64,000 nt of DNA from Octopus vulgaris (Eukaryota). Location: the NCBI GenBank assembly GCA_951406725.2, contig OX597817.1, positions 91,574,001-91,638,000 of the forward strand, read 5' to 3'. The notes below the pieces were generated by a model, which ran no database searches, was not told the origin of the DNA, and was given only the letters and a program-made list of their open reading frames with translations. Shown here piece after piece: positions 13,031 to 26,533 of the stretch. The stretch's first letter is position 1, and the number at the start of each line of letters is the position of its first letter. The position numbers and the translations under genes are program-made.

Positions 13031-14555
13031 ACGTAACAGCAATAAAGGAACTTGAACAGGAACAAGCCTATAAATACCTAGGAATAAATGAAGGCTCTGG
13101 TATCCAGCATGCAAGCATGAAAGAGAAGGTTAGGAACGAATGTTATAGAAGAGTTCGAGCAGTCCTGAAGTCTGAGCTGAATGCATATAATAAGGTGTTA
13201 GCCATAAATTCCTTAGCAGTACCAGTTGTTCTTTATAGCTTCAAGGTGCTTAACTGGAATACCAGTGAAATAATGCAAATTGACAGAAAAATCTGCAAGC
13301 TACTGACTTGCAATAAGATGCACTATCCAAAGGCAGACGTGGATTGTCTTTACCTTCCCAGAGCTCAGGGAGGTCGAGGTTTGATCCAGCTTGAACTTAC
13401 ATACAAAACCACCACAATTGGACAGGCCAAATACCTTGAAGCAACCAACAATTGGATGCTAAAACTTGTTGAAAAACATGAAAGACCGAAAAAACTTCAC
13501 TCTATTCTGAAAGAGAGCAAAAACTTCGCTACTGATCTCTTAAATACCTACCAGATTGATCAGGCTGAAGGAAATGCGCCAACTGCTGCTGCAAAGAAAA
13601 TAGAATTAATTGCAAAGACAAAAGCACATGAAAAATTAGCTAGCAGATGGGAACAGAAACCTCTACATGGCAAGTATATGGCCTGTAGCAAACAAGCTGA
13701 TGTCAACCAGAAACACATGCACCAATGGTTACGAAGCTCATGGCTAAAAGCAGAGAGTGAAGGTTTCATATTAGCTGGAACTACCAAGCCAATGTGATAA
13801 AAAATGGAGCTGACCCAAAATGCTGATTCTGTAACGATGAGATTGAAACTATAGACCACCTAATCTCAGGGTGTAGATTCTTAGCACCTGTAGAATATAA
13901 AGCAAGACATGACAGAGTTGTCCAGTACCTACATTGGACAATATGTCAGCATTATAAAATCAAAACCACTGACAAAAGGTATAAACACCATCCTGAAGCT
14001 GTGACTGAGGGAGAAAATGTGTTGATTCTATGGGACTTCCCTGTACATACCGACAAAACTATAAAAGCTAATAAACCGGATGTTATTATAAAAGATCAGA
14101 CAAAAAAGATGTGTTTGTTAATTGACATGAGTATTCCTTGCGATCACAATATAGCGGCAAAAGAATTTGACACGATTAAATATAAAGACTTGCTAATAGA
14201 AATTGAAAAAAATGTGGCAACTCAAGGCGACTACAGTACCAGTGATTGTAGGATGTCTAGGAATGATAAAAAAAAGGTACTGAAACCTATTTGAAAATGA
14301 TACCAGGCTCACCATCCCTACAGGAAGTGCAAAAAATCGTATTAACTGGAACGGCTTATGTACTGAGAAGAGCATTATCGCTGTGAAAATGAACATCCAC
14401 TCATGAATTTATTTATTTATTAATTTTCAAATACATATTTTACCTGTGAATTTGCGTATGTAATCTGGGAATGCATAGAATGAGCTTCTTGTCCTAGGTG
14501 TACGGAAAACACTCGGCGAGAAACGGAAGAAAATTTGAAGAAAGAAGGGAAAAAA
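13031..14555 (+). mobile_element. 5'-truncated Dong/R4-clade element (RT C-terminus, CCHC knuckle, RLE), with frameshifts
   Basis: YKYLG, NKVLAINSLAVPV, LYLPRAQGGRGL, KPLHGKY, ETIDHLISGC, ILWDFPVHTDKTIKANKPDVII; flanked by (AAT)n. Confidence 0.9.
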
Positions 14556-15624
14556 ATAATAATAACATCGAAAAATACCTTAGGAATGAGAACCCAGGTT
14601 TGAAATTTCCCCCAAGACACCTGATGAAGGCTGAAGGGTATATCAGCTGAAACGTGTTTACAAACAAGATGAGGACAAATATCTGTCAAATGTAGATAAC
14701 GTAAATCAAACACAGGATTTATTTTTAAGCCTAGTACCTATTTTATCAGTCTCTTTTGCTGAACACACCAACACCAGTTGTCAAGCTGTGTTGGGGGACA
14801 AACATAGATACAAAAACACACATGCATGGATATATACATATATATATACAATGGACTGATTTCAGTTTCTGTCTACCAAATCCACTCCTGAGGCTTTGGT
14901 TGGCCCAAGGCTATAGTAGAAGACACTTGCCCAAGGTGCCACACAGTGGGACTGAACCTAAAACCATGTGGTTGGGAAGCTTGGGAAACAGCCACATGAT
15001 ATATAATATATATATATATATATATTCAGATATTCATTTTTGCGTAATTTAAAAGTCAGTGTGATAAACAACGAGAACTTGGAACTTCATGTGTTCATGT
15101 TATTGTGCTCATATCATTTAGTAAGAATCCAGAGTTTGGATATCTCATATAATACATATAGAAGATAAAACAAAACACGAGAGATTGCTTATAAGATATT
15201 TAGTCTTAAGTGTATTTCATTAACAAAAATAAAAAAATCGATACTTATTACAAAATGTAAATTGCATAATCAAGATATATTTTTGAATTTCCTGAGATAT
15301 ATAACCTTTATGCATAACATTGCTGGCTTGTAGAATTCTAGACAAAAGTAACTATCATGGAGATAGTGACTACCTATCTAGTAATATTACATAAAATATT
15401 TACATCTCTCTGAAGATATGACAATATGTCTTGATTATGTTACTTATATTATGTGCCTCCTTAAAATTTTTTGTTATTGAAATATGTGTAAGTGATGTAA
15501 CTAAATATCTTATAAATAATTCCTCGTGTCTTGTTTTATTCTACACACACACACACGTATGTATACATACATCTATATGTGTGTGTGTGTATGTGTATGT
15601 ATGTGTGTGTATGTGTCTATATAT

Positions 15625-15810
15625 ATTTCTTTATTGCCCACAAGTGGCTAAACATAGAGGGGACAAACAAGGACAGACAAAGGGACTAAGTTGATTACGT
15701 TGACCCCAGTGCGAAACTGGTACTTTATTCATCGACCCCGAAAGGATGAAAGGTGAAGTCGACCTTGGCGGAATTTGAACTCAGAATGTAACGACAGAAA
15801 CGACAGTCTA
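15625..15810 (-). mobile_element. SINE with Nin-domain-like core; related copies at about 1290-1465(+), 4400-4900(+), 24900-25000(+), 48280-48480(-), 57300-57390(-)
   Basis: Minus strand gagttcaaattccgccaaggtcgacttcacctttcatcctttcggggtcgatgaataaagtaccag, repeated in the window; family name is from recall. Confidence 0.65.
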
Positions 15811-17099
15811 TATATATATTATATTTATATATATGTATGTATGTAATATATATATGTACATACACACACACACATACACACTTTTTTATAATTAAGTTGT
15901 CAGACAAGGTATATAAGATACATTTTAGATTGTTGAGAAGCAAGTTAGAATTGTTTTTGTCTTAAACATGTTTGTTTAATGCATCAGTTTATAGCAATGT
16001 AGTTTTGTGCATCAGTCTGCAGACTAATATACTTCTATATGCAATGTAGACCTGATGTGTCCATTTGTTGCTATTTCTGTTTCTAATATCTGTCAGAAAC
16101 CTTTCTATGAGAACAGACAACAAATATACAAAACAACAAAAGTAAAAAGAACCTTTAAAAAATATTTGCTGATATGATGAGAGTTTTTAAGTTTAAATTG
16201 GTGTGTTCCTGGAGGTTGAAGGTAAATACTGTAATAGCAATTGCTGTAAAGTGTGGGGTATGATTACATCGAACAAAGCTGATCTGGTTTCAGTACCCAG
16301 TGGCTACTGTTCATATAACATCTGGGATAGTGTAACTAATATGTCATCATTATCATCATCATTTTAACATGAACATTTCCATGGCTTCATGAGTTAGACA
16401 GAATTTGTTAAGACAGATTTTCTACAACCAGATGCCCTTCCTGTCACCACCGTTCATCTGTGTTTCAAAGAAACATACTATTTCTCCATGACTAGATATG
16501 TGTTTCATGAATGACTTCAAATGATAAACACCACTTGTATGATGGTGAAACTTACTTACAACAATCACACGATATGAAGATAAGGGAACACACACACATA
16601 TGCACGCACACACACACACACGCATGCACACACACAACAAGCTTCTTTCTGTTTTCTTCTATTAAATCTACTTATAAGGCTTTGGTTGGCCCAAGGCTTA
16701 TAGAAGTTACTCACCAAGATGCAGCATAACTGTCTGGTAATTGACAGACACATGATTTGCTTCCCCTGAGTTATTCTGTCCACCCATTTTACTCAATAAA
16801 TTATCAAATTATGATATATCATTTGTAGGCTCATTAACATTTCAGGTGTTATTTAAAAAGACATACAGTGGAGTCAACACATTTTTTCAGACACTGCAGA
16901 TGTAATGAGTATAGCCACATAGTGATAAACACACTTTTTGAGTAAAACAATGTGGATATGTGCATAACATTCCTGTTGTGATTGCACCCACCCACTGAGG
17001 GTATATGTAAAAATTCAAGTTGAATTCACAAAAATTTTATTAAAATCATGTGACAATATTTTTCAGACAATGCTACTCAGCTTCAGTAGTCCATATTCT

Positions 17100-17340
17100 T
17101 GCCTTTCTTTTCAAACACTTGCCCTATTCATTCATTGTACCAGACAAACATGTTCATTATAACATCTCTTTTTGTTTCTATCAGTCTACCTTAGGCTCCT
17201 AAAATCTGTTTCCCTATAATCTGCCTTACTTGTCACTTCTGGTCTGTCCACATAGTCCATGTTTTCAATTATGTTCAAGTCTGGACTTCTCCATGGCCAT
17301 TCCAGTAGACTTATTTTGCATCCATTCCTCGACTGTTTTT
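17100..17340 (-). mobile_element. Tc1-like transposase fragment
   Basis: LLEWPWRSPDLNIIENM resembles Tc1 WPxxSPDLNPIENLW. Confidence 0.6.
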
Positions 17341-18294
17341 GACACATGACCACTGTTGGAGGATGGAAGTATATCCCACTCCTTGAATATGGGGCAAGGC
17401 TCTCACTTGTTGTTGCCTTTTCTCCAGTACACATGACACAGTCATCTTCATTCAACTTTGAATTCTCTTCCCAAGCAACATTTTCATTTTTTCTTCTCTT
17501 CTTCTTCCAGTTATAGTCATTTCTTAACATATATTCTACCGTAAACTTCAAACTCTTCAGATCAACAGCTATTTTTTCAGGTTTAGATCACTTTCTCTTC
17601 CTTCAAACTAAAGAACCTATTTCCTTTAAATGCATTTTCATTTGAAAGAAGATTTTTTCTCAAGTAAGAAAGGTTTCTTGGTAGATAACACTTATTGCAC
17701 TATTGCAAGCTGCCTCTGCACAAGAAAATTTGCATAAAAAGTTTGAAGGGATTGTCCAAGGTAATGTTAAAATAAACATTGTGCTAATGCCTGAAAAATA
17801 ATGTCTCGTAATTTATGTTAAAATATGCAATAAGTGCTCACATTACAGAAAAGACTGAAACAAGTATTTTACTTTCAGTTTACAATTCACAAATATATGC
17901 TAAAGTAGCTCCACAAAACGAACTTTCTAGAACTAAAATTTTTCTGATGGCAGAAAAAATTTGTCGATCCCCTGTATGAATATATGTTCGATAGAATAAT
18001 TCATGAATGGAAATAGGTATTTTTGTTAATATTTCATTATTAGCTACTACTTTAGAAATTAGAAATTCCTTATTTTCAACAATGGTTAATTAATATTTAA
18101 ATATCTTTAATGATAGTGCTGAGAAATGAAAACAGTTCAGTAAGAGAGAGAGAAATAATACCGTCATTACATTTACATATATATGTGTGCATACTGTTGT
18201 TAAATCCACATATGTGTGTGTGCATATTTCGACTACATATATATATATATATATATATATAGGACTGCCATGTTATGTTGGCAAATAATCTTTA

Positions 18295-18357
<63 letters not shown>

Positions 18358-19269
18358 AAGGGCGTTAGGAAGGGCATCCAGCTGTAGAAACATTGCCAAA
18401 TTTAGACTGGAGCCTGGTGCAGCCTTCTGGCTTCCCAGAACTCCGGTCGAACCGTCCAACCCATGCTAGCATGGAGAACGGACGTTAAACGACGATGATG
18501 ATGATGATGATATATATATAGTTCAAATGTACAGAAAAGAGAAGATGAAGATGAGTGAGGAAACAACAAGCAGGTGTATTAGTTTGATGCTCAAGAAGAA
18601 TGGAAAATGTTTTGACCCTACACTCTTTCACAGAAAGGGATGAGAGGAACAAAATTGAGAGAAAATGAAAAATCAAAGAGAAGGAAAATGTCTAGGGATT
18701 AAAGGTTTAACATAATAAAATGACCATATATATATATATATATATATAAATATATATATATAGTATATAAATTGGACATGGGCGATCATTGTATTCTTGT
18801 ATTCTTTCTTGTCTTCAGGTTCACAGCCAAACAGCTGGGTGGATTCATGTGAAAAATAGCACACAGGTGGAGACGGGTCCATAGATTGTGCTGCCATTTG
18901 TATTTTTTTCCTAGTCCCCATAGTTACCGAGAAAATTGATTAAGCGGTAAAAATTTTTTACCAATTTATAATGTTTGGCTAACATGAGTTAAGTCCCCTT
19001 CTTGCCATATCGGAGTGAAAGTGTGTGTATATGTGAGGGAGAGAGAAGTTGTGTTTTGCTGTATGTGTGTGTGTGTGTGTGTGTGTGTGAGGGAGAGATA
19101 GTAAGTGACAGCGTTCATCAAAAATAAAAATGTAAAATGTTTTCTTTTTTCTTAAACACGAGATATAGTCTTCAAATTTAGAATGTTTTTGAAAGACACT
19201 ATATTTTATAATCAGATTATATATACTTTCTCACACAACAATTAAAATATATTTATTTTAAGTCACTCA

Positions 19270-20370
19270 TCTATTTATCTATAAAAGGCAGGATGTGTGT
19301 ATGTGTGTGTATGTGAATGTAATTTATGCATGTCCACAAATTAGCACCCATGTAACTCCAATTTTAGAACATTGGTCATGATCATGGCTGTATTTTTGTC
19401 AACTTATTTTCCCTGAGGCACCCATGGATAATGGTAAAAATCGATTTTCAACTATAACTTTTACCACTTTCCACGTTGGTGATATTTGTAAGTTTGCTAA
19501 TATGAGTCAAGTCACCTGTCTTGCAATGGGGAAAAAGAAAAACAAAGGGTAAATTTTTAGCTTAACACCTGCACGATTTTCACGAAGAAAAAAGAAAAAC
19601 TCAGATTGTTTATGTAAAATCAAGTACCCTGACCTCCTAATATGCTGCAAATCCCTTATTTTGGTTTGGAAAAAGGGAGGTAGGGGGAGGGAGGACCCAC
19701 CCATCCCAGACTCATGCAGATCTCTGAGGCAACCTTCTCCAATGCATATCTTCAAGGCAGCCTTGACCGATAGTACCCCTGGGAGGGGTTAGGTCTAGAT
19801 CAGGATTAGTCGCTGCTTTCAGAGGCTTCTGAGTCCCCTTTCACTAGGTTAGCTTAGACTTATGTTAAGGCTTAATTGTGATCCAAACATAACCTCTTCT
19901 GACACAGAGGATTGGCAGCCCTTTTGGGTGTTCTATTTTCCTTGCTGGAAGGGCTCCAAACTCATGGGCCAAGTGGGGTTAGATGATGATGGGGGATTCG
20001 AAAGGGCCGGCATGTGCAAACTAATCACTTCTGCTGGTCAAACTCCCAACCCATGCATTCCCTTTGTGACACTCATTCTGCAGAACTGGGCTGGGTGTGA
20101 AAACCAACTTTAAAATATAAATATAGATTTTTTGAATCAGCAATGTTGTGTTCATTTGAGTCCTATTCAGGGTGTAAAATCAATAAACTGATTCCTTACT
20201 GGATTTCCCTAATCAAATTGTCTGCAACCCATTTTCAGCCAAACATTTACCAATTTCAATGGATTTCGCTCAAGTTTCCCATCAGTGTTACTTAGTTTGG
20301 TTTGAAACAAAGCGCTTGATTAGCTTAATAATCCTAACTTAATCCTGGGCAATGCTGGGCTATACTGCTA

Positions 20371-20371
<1 letters not shown>
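19270..20371 (+). mobile_element. Non-autonomous Helitron
   Basis: Starts A|TC (tctatttatctataaaaggc, then a GT-rich tract) and ends cctgggcaatgctggg...CTAG|T; no TSD. Confidence 0.7.
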
Positions 20372-20421
<50 letters not shown>

Positions 20422-22437
20422 GGTGTTTCATAACTTGAGATCCTAGTTGTAGTTGATGTTGATATTTCATAATTGAAAGACCCCACTACACTCTTGGAGT
20501 GGTTGGTGTTAGGAAGAACATCCAGCTATAGAGACCAAGCCAAATCAGGTTGGAACCTGGTGCTATTCTCCAGCTTACCAGTTTTCAGTCAAACCATCCA
20601 ACCCATGCCAGCATGGAAAATGGACGTTAAATAATGCTGCTGATAATGATGATGATATATATGCAGAGAGACAGACATTTAGAGACAGAGACAGGCAGAA
20701 GATGCAAACCAAACTTTCAGTTGTGATAGATGGAGAATTGTGATAATGAAAAATATAAAGATAGATATTGCTTGGCCGGGAAGGGCTGGTATTTTCCTTT
20801 ATAAGGAGTTATGTTTAAGATAAAACTGATAGGGTGGTATTATGAGACAAAACTGATAGTATGATAAAAAACATAGAAAAAACTGAAGAGAGAGCCATTT
20901 CAAATAAACTTTTTGGAAACTCTACTTGGTGAAGGTGAAGGTGGAAAAGAAGTTGCTACTCTCAGTAAATTTACTGGAAAGAGGTTGGCAAGAATGCTTT
21001 TTATGTATGGGTTTGCTCACAACATATGCTTGTAGATGGTTCATATTAAGAATACATCAGTAGCTTAGATGAATAATGTCAGTAGTTTAGTTGATAGAAC
21101 AACTAGAATACTCATAATTTATCTCCAACAATCAAGTGACTGTCACTGACAAGACCAAGGAGGGTCAAAATCATGTGACCTGGTGGTATCAGTGCTAGAA
21201 GCGGCAAGGATTTATCTCTCTGCTAGTAATAAAAACAAGAGTGCCTTTTGCAACAGAAGTGGATATGAGAGTTTCTCTCATGGTATCTACAGCAGTATAA
21301 ATGTTTAAATGGGGATATTACCTCATAATCTAAAATGATGGATGATATATGTAATTTATTTTCATTGAGTGTGTGTGTATATATATATGCATATATATGT
21401 ATATACGCATATATATGTATATATATATATATATAATCATATATGCTTGCACATATTGTACTGTTATTGCTCAAAGTAAGGTAGGTTTTGCAGGCTACTG
21501 CTATTGAACCGAACACCAGGTTATATCAGATGCTATGTTTTGGACATTTCCATACCCTAATAGAGGACAAAGGCAACTTAACTACTCTGATGTTACTGGT
21601 GGAGACACAACATGAAATCAAGGTTTGACCAATGCAAAATAGAGGATGGAGATTCCTAATGTGGCATTGTGAAAAGCATCCTGGTTGGTTATGGCTGCTT
21701 GAAGAAGATACATCAACTGTTTCTTAATCATTTAGTCAAGATTGAAAGCAGTGCCTAATGACCCTTTCTAGAGCCTCTGAGATAGGTTGAAAGGAAAATG
21801 GAAGGTATCCCTAAACTGGAGACATTGTCTGAGTACTTACAACAAAGTGAACACTGACAGAGACATACAAGGTGGTGATGTTAAACTGGGTGAGTGATGA
21901 AGCCAACATTTGAAGTAGGCCATAGCAGGATTTGAACCCAGGCTGCAGAGAGTTGAAACAAATACATATATGCATATATATGTGAGTGTATGTGTGTGTG
22001 TGCGTATAGATATGTGTGTGTGTGTGTGTGTGTGTTTGCATATATGTGCATGCACACACACAGAATTACATATCTTTACTAACAGTATGCCTACATGTAT
22101 CTATCATCCTCGCCTCATCTCTGACACACTTGATGGTTGGTAAATATATAAAGGAAAATCAAATTTCTGTTTTCAAAAAATATTTTATTTCTTTTCTTTT
22201 ATTTTTTAAGTTCATTTTTGTGTTTACTTTTATAGTTGTTATTGTTGTTGTTGTTGTTGTTGCTGTTCTATATCTATTTAGATATGTTAGTCACATGTCA
22301 GATGTGGCTCCATATTGTAACAAAAAAAGAATCAATTGCAGCAGATGTTTGTTTGTTTGTCTCTTGTTGATGTAGTTGTTTTGTTGTTGCAGTTGTTGTT
22401 GCTGCAGTAATTGTTGTTGTAGCTGTTGCTTTTGTTA

Positions 22438-22486
22438 CTATTATCATTATTGTTACTATTATTATTATTATTATCATTATTGTTAC

Positions 22487-22549
<63 letters not shown>

Positions 22550-22552
22550 TAC

Positions 22553-22613
<61 letters not shown>

Positions 22614-22626
22614 GCTATTGTTATTA
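22438..22626. repeat. (TAT)n microsatellite; other long tracts include (GT)n 8898-8985, (TACA)n 44116-44310, (GATA)n 38336-38430, and a CTCCA-rich low-complexity tract 22830-23300
   Basis: Directly visible simple repeats; they explain most ORFs in the track. Confidence 0.95.
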
Positions 22627-22773
22627 GTTCTGTCTCAAGTCAACCACTCAACCATTCTATCATTTCACCAATGACTGAATATATTTCAATATTTATATTC
22701 ATTTGTTTATTTTCTTTGTATCAGATTAGAAAACAACAAACAACTCTCATACCTTGCCCCCTCTCTCCCCATT

Positions 22774-22805
<32 letters not shown>

Positions 22806-25660
22806 TATCGAATGACTGATTGAAAGTTATCCCTTTCTCTTCTTTTCCCTACCTCCACTCCACTCTTTCTCTTCTATTATCTCCACTCCACTCCACTCCT
22901 CCACTCCATTTTATTCCATTTAGCTTATTTCTACTCCACTTGTCTCTGCACTCTGTATACCTATCCACGCCACTCCACTCAATACCTCATTTCCACAACC
23001 TCTACTCCACTTCACCACCTACACTTCACTCTTTCTTCTCTTCTACTTCCATTCTCTTTACTCCACTTCTCTATCTACATTCCACTCAAGTCCACTCTAG
23101 TATCTTTACTCTTCTCTTCGTAAACCACTTTCCTGCCTCTACTCTTCTACCTCCACTCCTCTACCATCACTTCTTCACTGCCTCTACTCCACTCCTCTAC
23201 CTCCACTCCAGTCCACTCAAGTCTACTCCTGTATCTCTACTCCTCTCCTTTGTAAACCCCTCCACTCTCCCTCTTTCTCTCTCTTACCTTCCACTCCCCT
23301 TTGGAAATATCACATGCTTCAACTTACATCATGAGTTCAGTTTCATCAAGGTCCACCTTTCCTTTCATCCTTCCTGATTTTATTTCAAATGAGCTTCTGT
23401 CAAATTGCTGTTTGACCAAATAATTGAAGCATCAATCAAAAGTCCTTGCAGAATGTCAAGCCATGTCCAATGTCCCTTACATCCCTCTTCAGCTGAATGA
23501 CCCTAACCTAGGAGATTTATGGGTGCTGGTGACACATAAAAATCACCTGTGCCAGTGCCACATAAAGGCACCGATGCTGGTGCTGTGTAAAAGCACCAGT
23601 ACATGCTGTAAAGTGGTTGTCATTAGGAAGGGCATCTAGCCGTGCAAACCATGCAAAAATAGACATGGAGCCTGGCCAGCTCTTCAACTAGCCAGCTTCT
23701 GTCAAACCATCCAGCATGGAAAATAGACATTATATGATGATGATTATGATGATGAAGATGATGATGATGGTGATGGTGACAGCAATGTTTACTAGTTGGG
23801 CTTGTGGAAATTCCATCTCTATAAATATTCATATTTCTATTTTAAGGCAGGAATTTTATAGATCTATATGATATTGTTCCATTTAATTAAAGATTTTGAT
23901 TATTCTGTAGTTAAGGTTGTTAAAAAAAGGAACTCTCAAACACATTATGACAGAATACGTAGTTGTAAATGGAATTGTAAAAGGAAGACTTTGACTGCTT
24001 CTCTTGCCAACATTTCTAAATTTAGTGTAAGAAATATTTTCAAGTCTTATGCCAATTTAGTCACATCCTTTTTTATATTCTGACTTCAAATTCTGCTGAA
24101 GACAATTTTAATCTTGCATCATTCTCAGATAGATAAAATAAAATACTATGAGCAAGCATGACTGTGTGGGATGAAGTTTGCTTCCTAACCATATGGTTCT
24201 GGGTTCAGTCCCACTGCATGGCACCTTGAGAAGATGTCTACTAATATAACCTCAGGCAGGCCAAAATCCTGTGAGAGGATTTGGTAAATGGAAACTGAAA
24301 GAAGGTCATCAGATATGTATATAGATAGACAAATATGGGGAGAATTCACAAAAGAAAAACAAAAGACGAAGACAGGTGGTGTAGACAACAAACAGATGTA
24401 TTGGTTTAATGCTCGAGAAGTGAAAAAATCTTTAACGTTTCGAGCCGACGCTCTTCCACAGAAAGAAACATAGAAAGAAACAAGGAGAGAAAATAAAGAA
24501 TGTGTAGTGGCTAGTGATCTATCATGGCAAATACCAGACAGATGTCTATGTGTCTTTGAGTTGGTGTTTGTCTCTCACCACTGTTTGACAACTGTTGGTG
24601 TTTTAACATCCCTGTAACTTAGTTGTTTAGCAAAAAGAGACCACGAAAATAAGTACCAGGCTCCAAAGATAAATAAATAAATAAATACTGAGGTCAATTT
24701 GTTTGACTAAAATTCATCAAGCTGGTGCTTCCGCATGTCAGCAGTTTAATGAGTGAAGCAAGTAAAAGATAAAAATAAAAGATAAGTGAAGTTCTAGGGT
24801 TCACATAAATTTACGGTCTTGTATTTAACATAGGGAACATTATTTTTGCAGGGTGCACAATTGGCAAAATCATAAGAACATTGAACAACAAAAGATTATG
24901 TAATATCTAGTTCAAGCCCTTTATGTTCAGAGTTCAAATCCTGCTTTGGCCAACTTTGCCTTTCATCTTTTCTAGATTATTAAAACAAAGCGTCACTCAA
25001 ATATTAGCTTTATGGTAATTATAGGAATTAGTGGGTTAGCTTTTCTGTTGTTCTTGTGGAGGCACAGGCGACTCTAATCGAGCAAACTGTGTTCAAAATC
25101 ATTCTAGCTATGACCAACCTGTCTTATTTACTATCCAGGAACACATAATCCATTGTGTTCTTTTCCAAGGGATCATTTCTTGGAAGTCAAGGTGTGATTT
25201 GAGGTAGATTTTACAGCTATCTCTTGCAGAACAGGTGGACATGTAGAGGTTCTCTTGTTCATTAATTTAGTTTGAAGTGTTACAGATTAGTGATTAGGGA
25301 ATGGTGACATGTTTGACATGGAATGTGGGGATGTTTGAGGCAGTGGAAGAAGTTGGGGCAGGGATCCAGATAAAAGACATATAATGATGGCAATGATACA
25401 GATGGCAGCAGAACTGAGGATAATGATGAGGATGATGAGTGATAATAATAATATTGATGGTGATTATGATGATGAGGATGATGATGAAGATGAGGATGGG
25501 AGGATGGTCGTGGAAGTGGTAGTAGTGGTGATCATAGAGGTGATAAATATATAATGCCAAATGATGATGATGGTGGTGTGGCACTGGTGGTGGTGTCATG
25601 GTGGCAGCAGTGGTTGACAATGGTACAATGCTAAGTAATGTATAATGTAAGTTATCTAAC

Positions 25661-25810
25661 CTGAACAGTTCCCTCATAGCTCGAGGTATCACGCCCTCAT
25701 CTGGATGTGCCTCATGGCTTAGGTTGTAGTTCTCATTCTTGTGACTTCCAAGCATTGTATGTGTTTTGCCACTTCCTGTTTGTCCATAGGCCATTATACA
25801 TACATTGTAT
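25661..25810 (-). CDS. KIF25: KIF25-like exon C (150 nt) with P-loop: (G)YNVCIMAYGQTGSGKTHTMLG...GVIPRAMRELF
   Basis: tattttgcag|ATAC...TTCAG|gttaga; phase 2-2; kinesin Walker A GQTGSGKT; lies within ORF 25294..25869. Confidence 0.95.
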
Positions 25811-25909
25811 CTGCAAAATAAATACCACAATATCAAGGAAGGTATACACTCACACACGCACATGCACATTGTATATATTATATATTATATATGTGTATGT
25901 GTGTAAATG

Positions 25910-25941
<32 letters not shown>

Positions 25942-25985
25942 CAGAGAGAAAGACAGAGAGAGAAACATACATGTATGTTTATACA

Positions 25986-26023
<38 letters not shown>

Positions 26024-26077
26024 AACTTACCTGGAAATGGATGCATCACGTTCAATTAAAGAATAAATAATAAATAT

Positions 26078-26118
<41 letters not shown>

Positions 26119-26119
<1 letters not shown>

Positions 26120-26533
26120 TAGAAGTAGATCACATACGATCAAACTACAAAGAAAAAATGTCCTCCAGAGAAAATTCAGCAAATACCAGAACATAGGCTG
26201 GCAAGACAGATGAAAATTATATAAAAATCAAGAATTAATAATGATTAATAATAATTAATACGATTAATTCTGGATTTTTATATAATTTTCATCTGTCTTG
26301 CCCGCCTATGTTCTGGTATTTGCTGAATTTTCTCTAAAGAACATTTTTTCTTTGTAGTTTGATCGTATGTGATCTACTTCTAGCATATGGCTGTCCACAT
26401 AGTGGTTTTTAGCCCTAAATATACACATATATAGGAATTTTCTCTGATTTTTCAGATTTTTATATGCTAGTCTACTGGTTTTAAATTGATATTAATTAAA
26501 TTAATATTCAATGTATCTCCCTCATTATTTAAA
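26119..26533. repeat. 265-bp fold-back palindrome plus tail in (TA)n
   Basis: 26119-26240 is the reverse complement of about 26263-26383; AT-rich centre; tail related to 28760-28850. Confidence 0.8.

Larger units (their letters stand above)
11621..14703. mobile_element. Palindromic element: two head-to-head copies of [tRNA-like head, (AAT)n, HHR-like tail]; right arm interrupted by Dong elements
   Basis: 11640-11935 is the reverse complement of 11948-12040 plus 14556-14703; centre CCCATGGG at 11937-11944. Confidence 0.8.

Noticed and set aside
22820-23377. 185-aa Leu/Ser/His/Pro-rich ORF
   Set aside because: Low-complexity CTCCA/pyrimidine tract with no domain signal.
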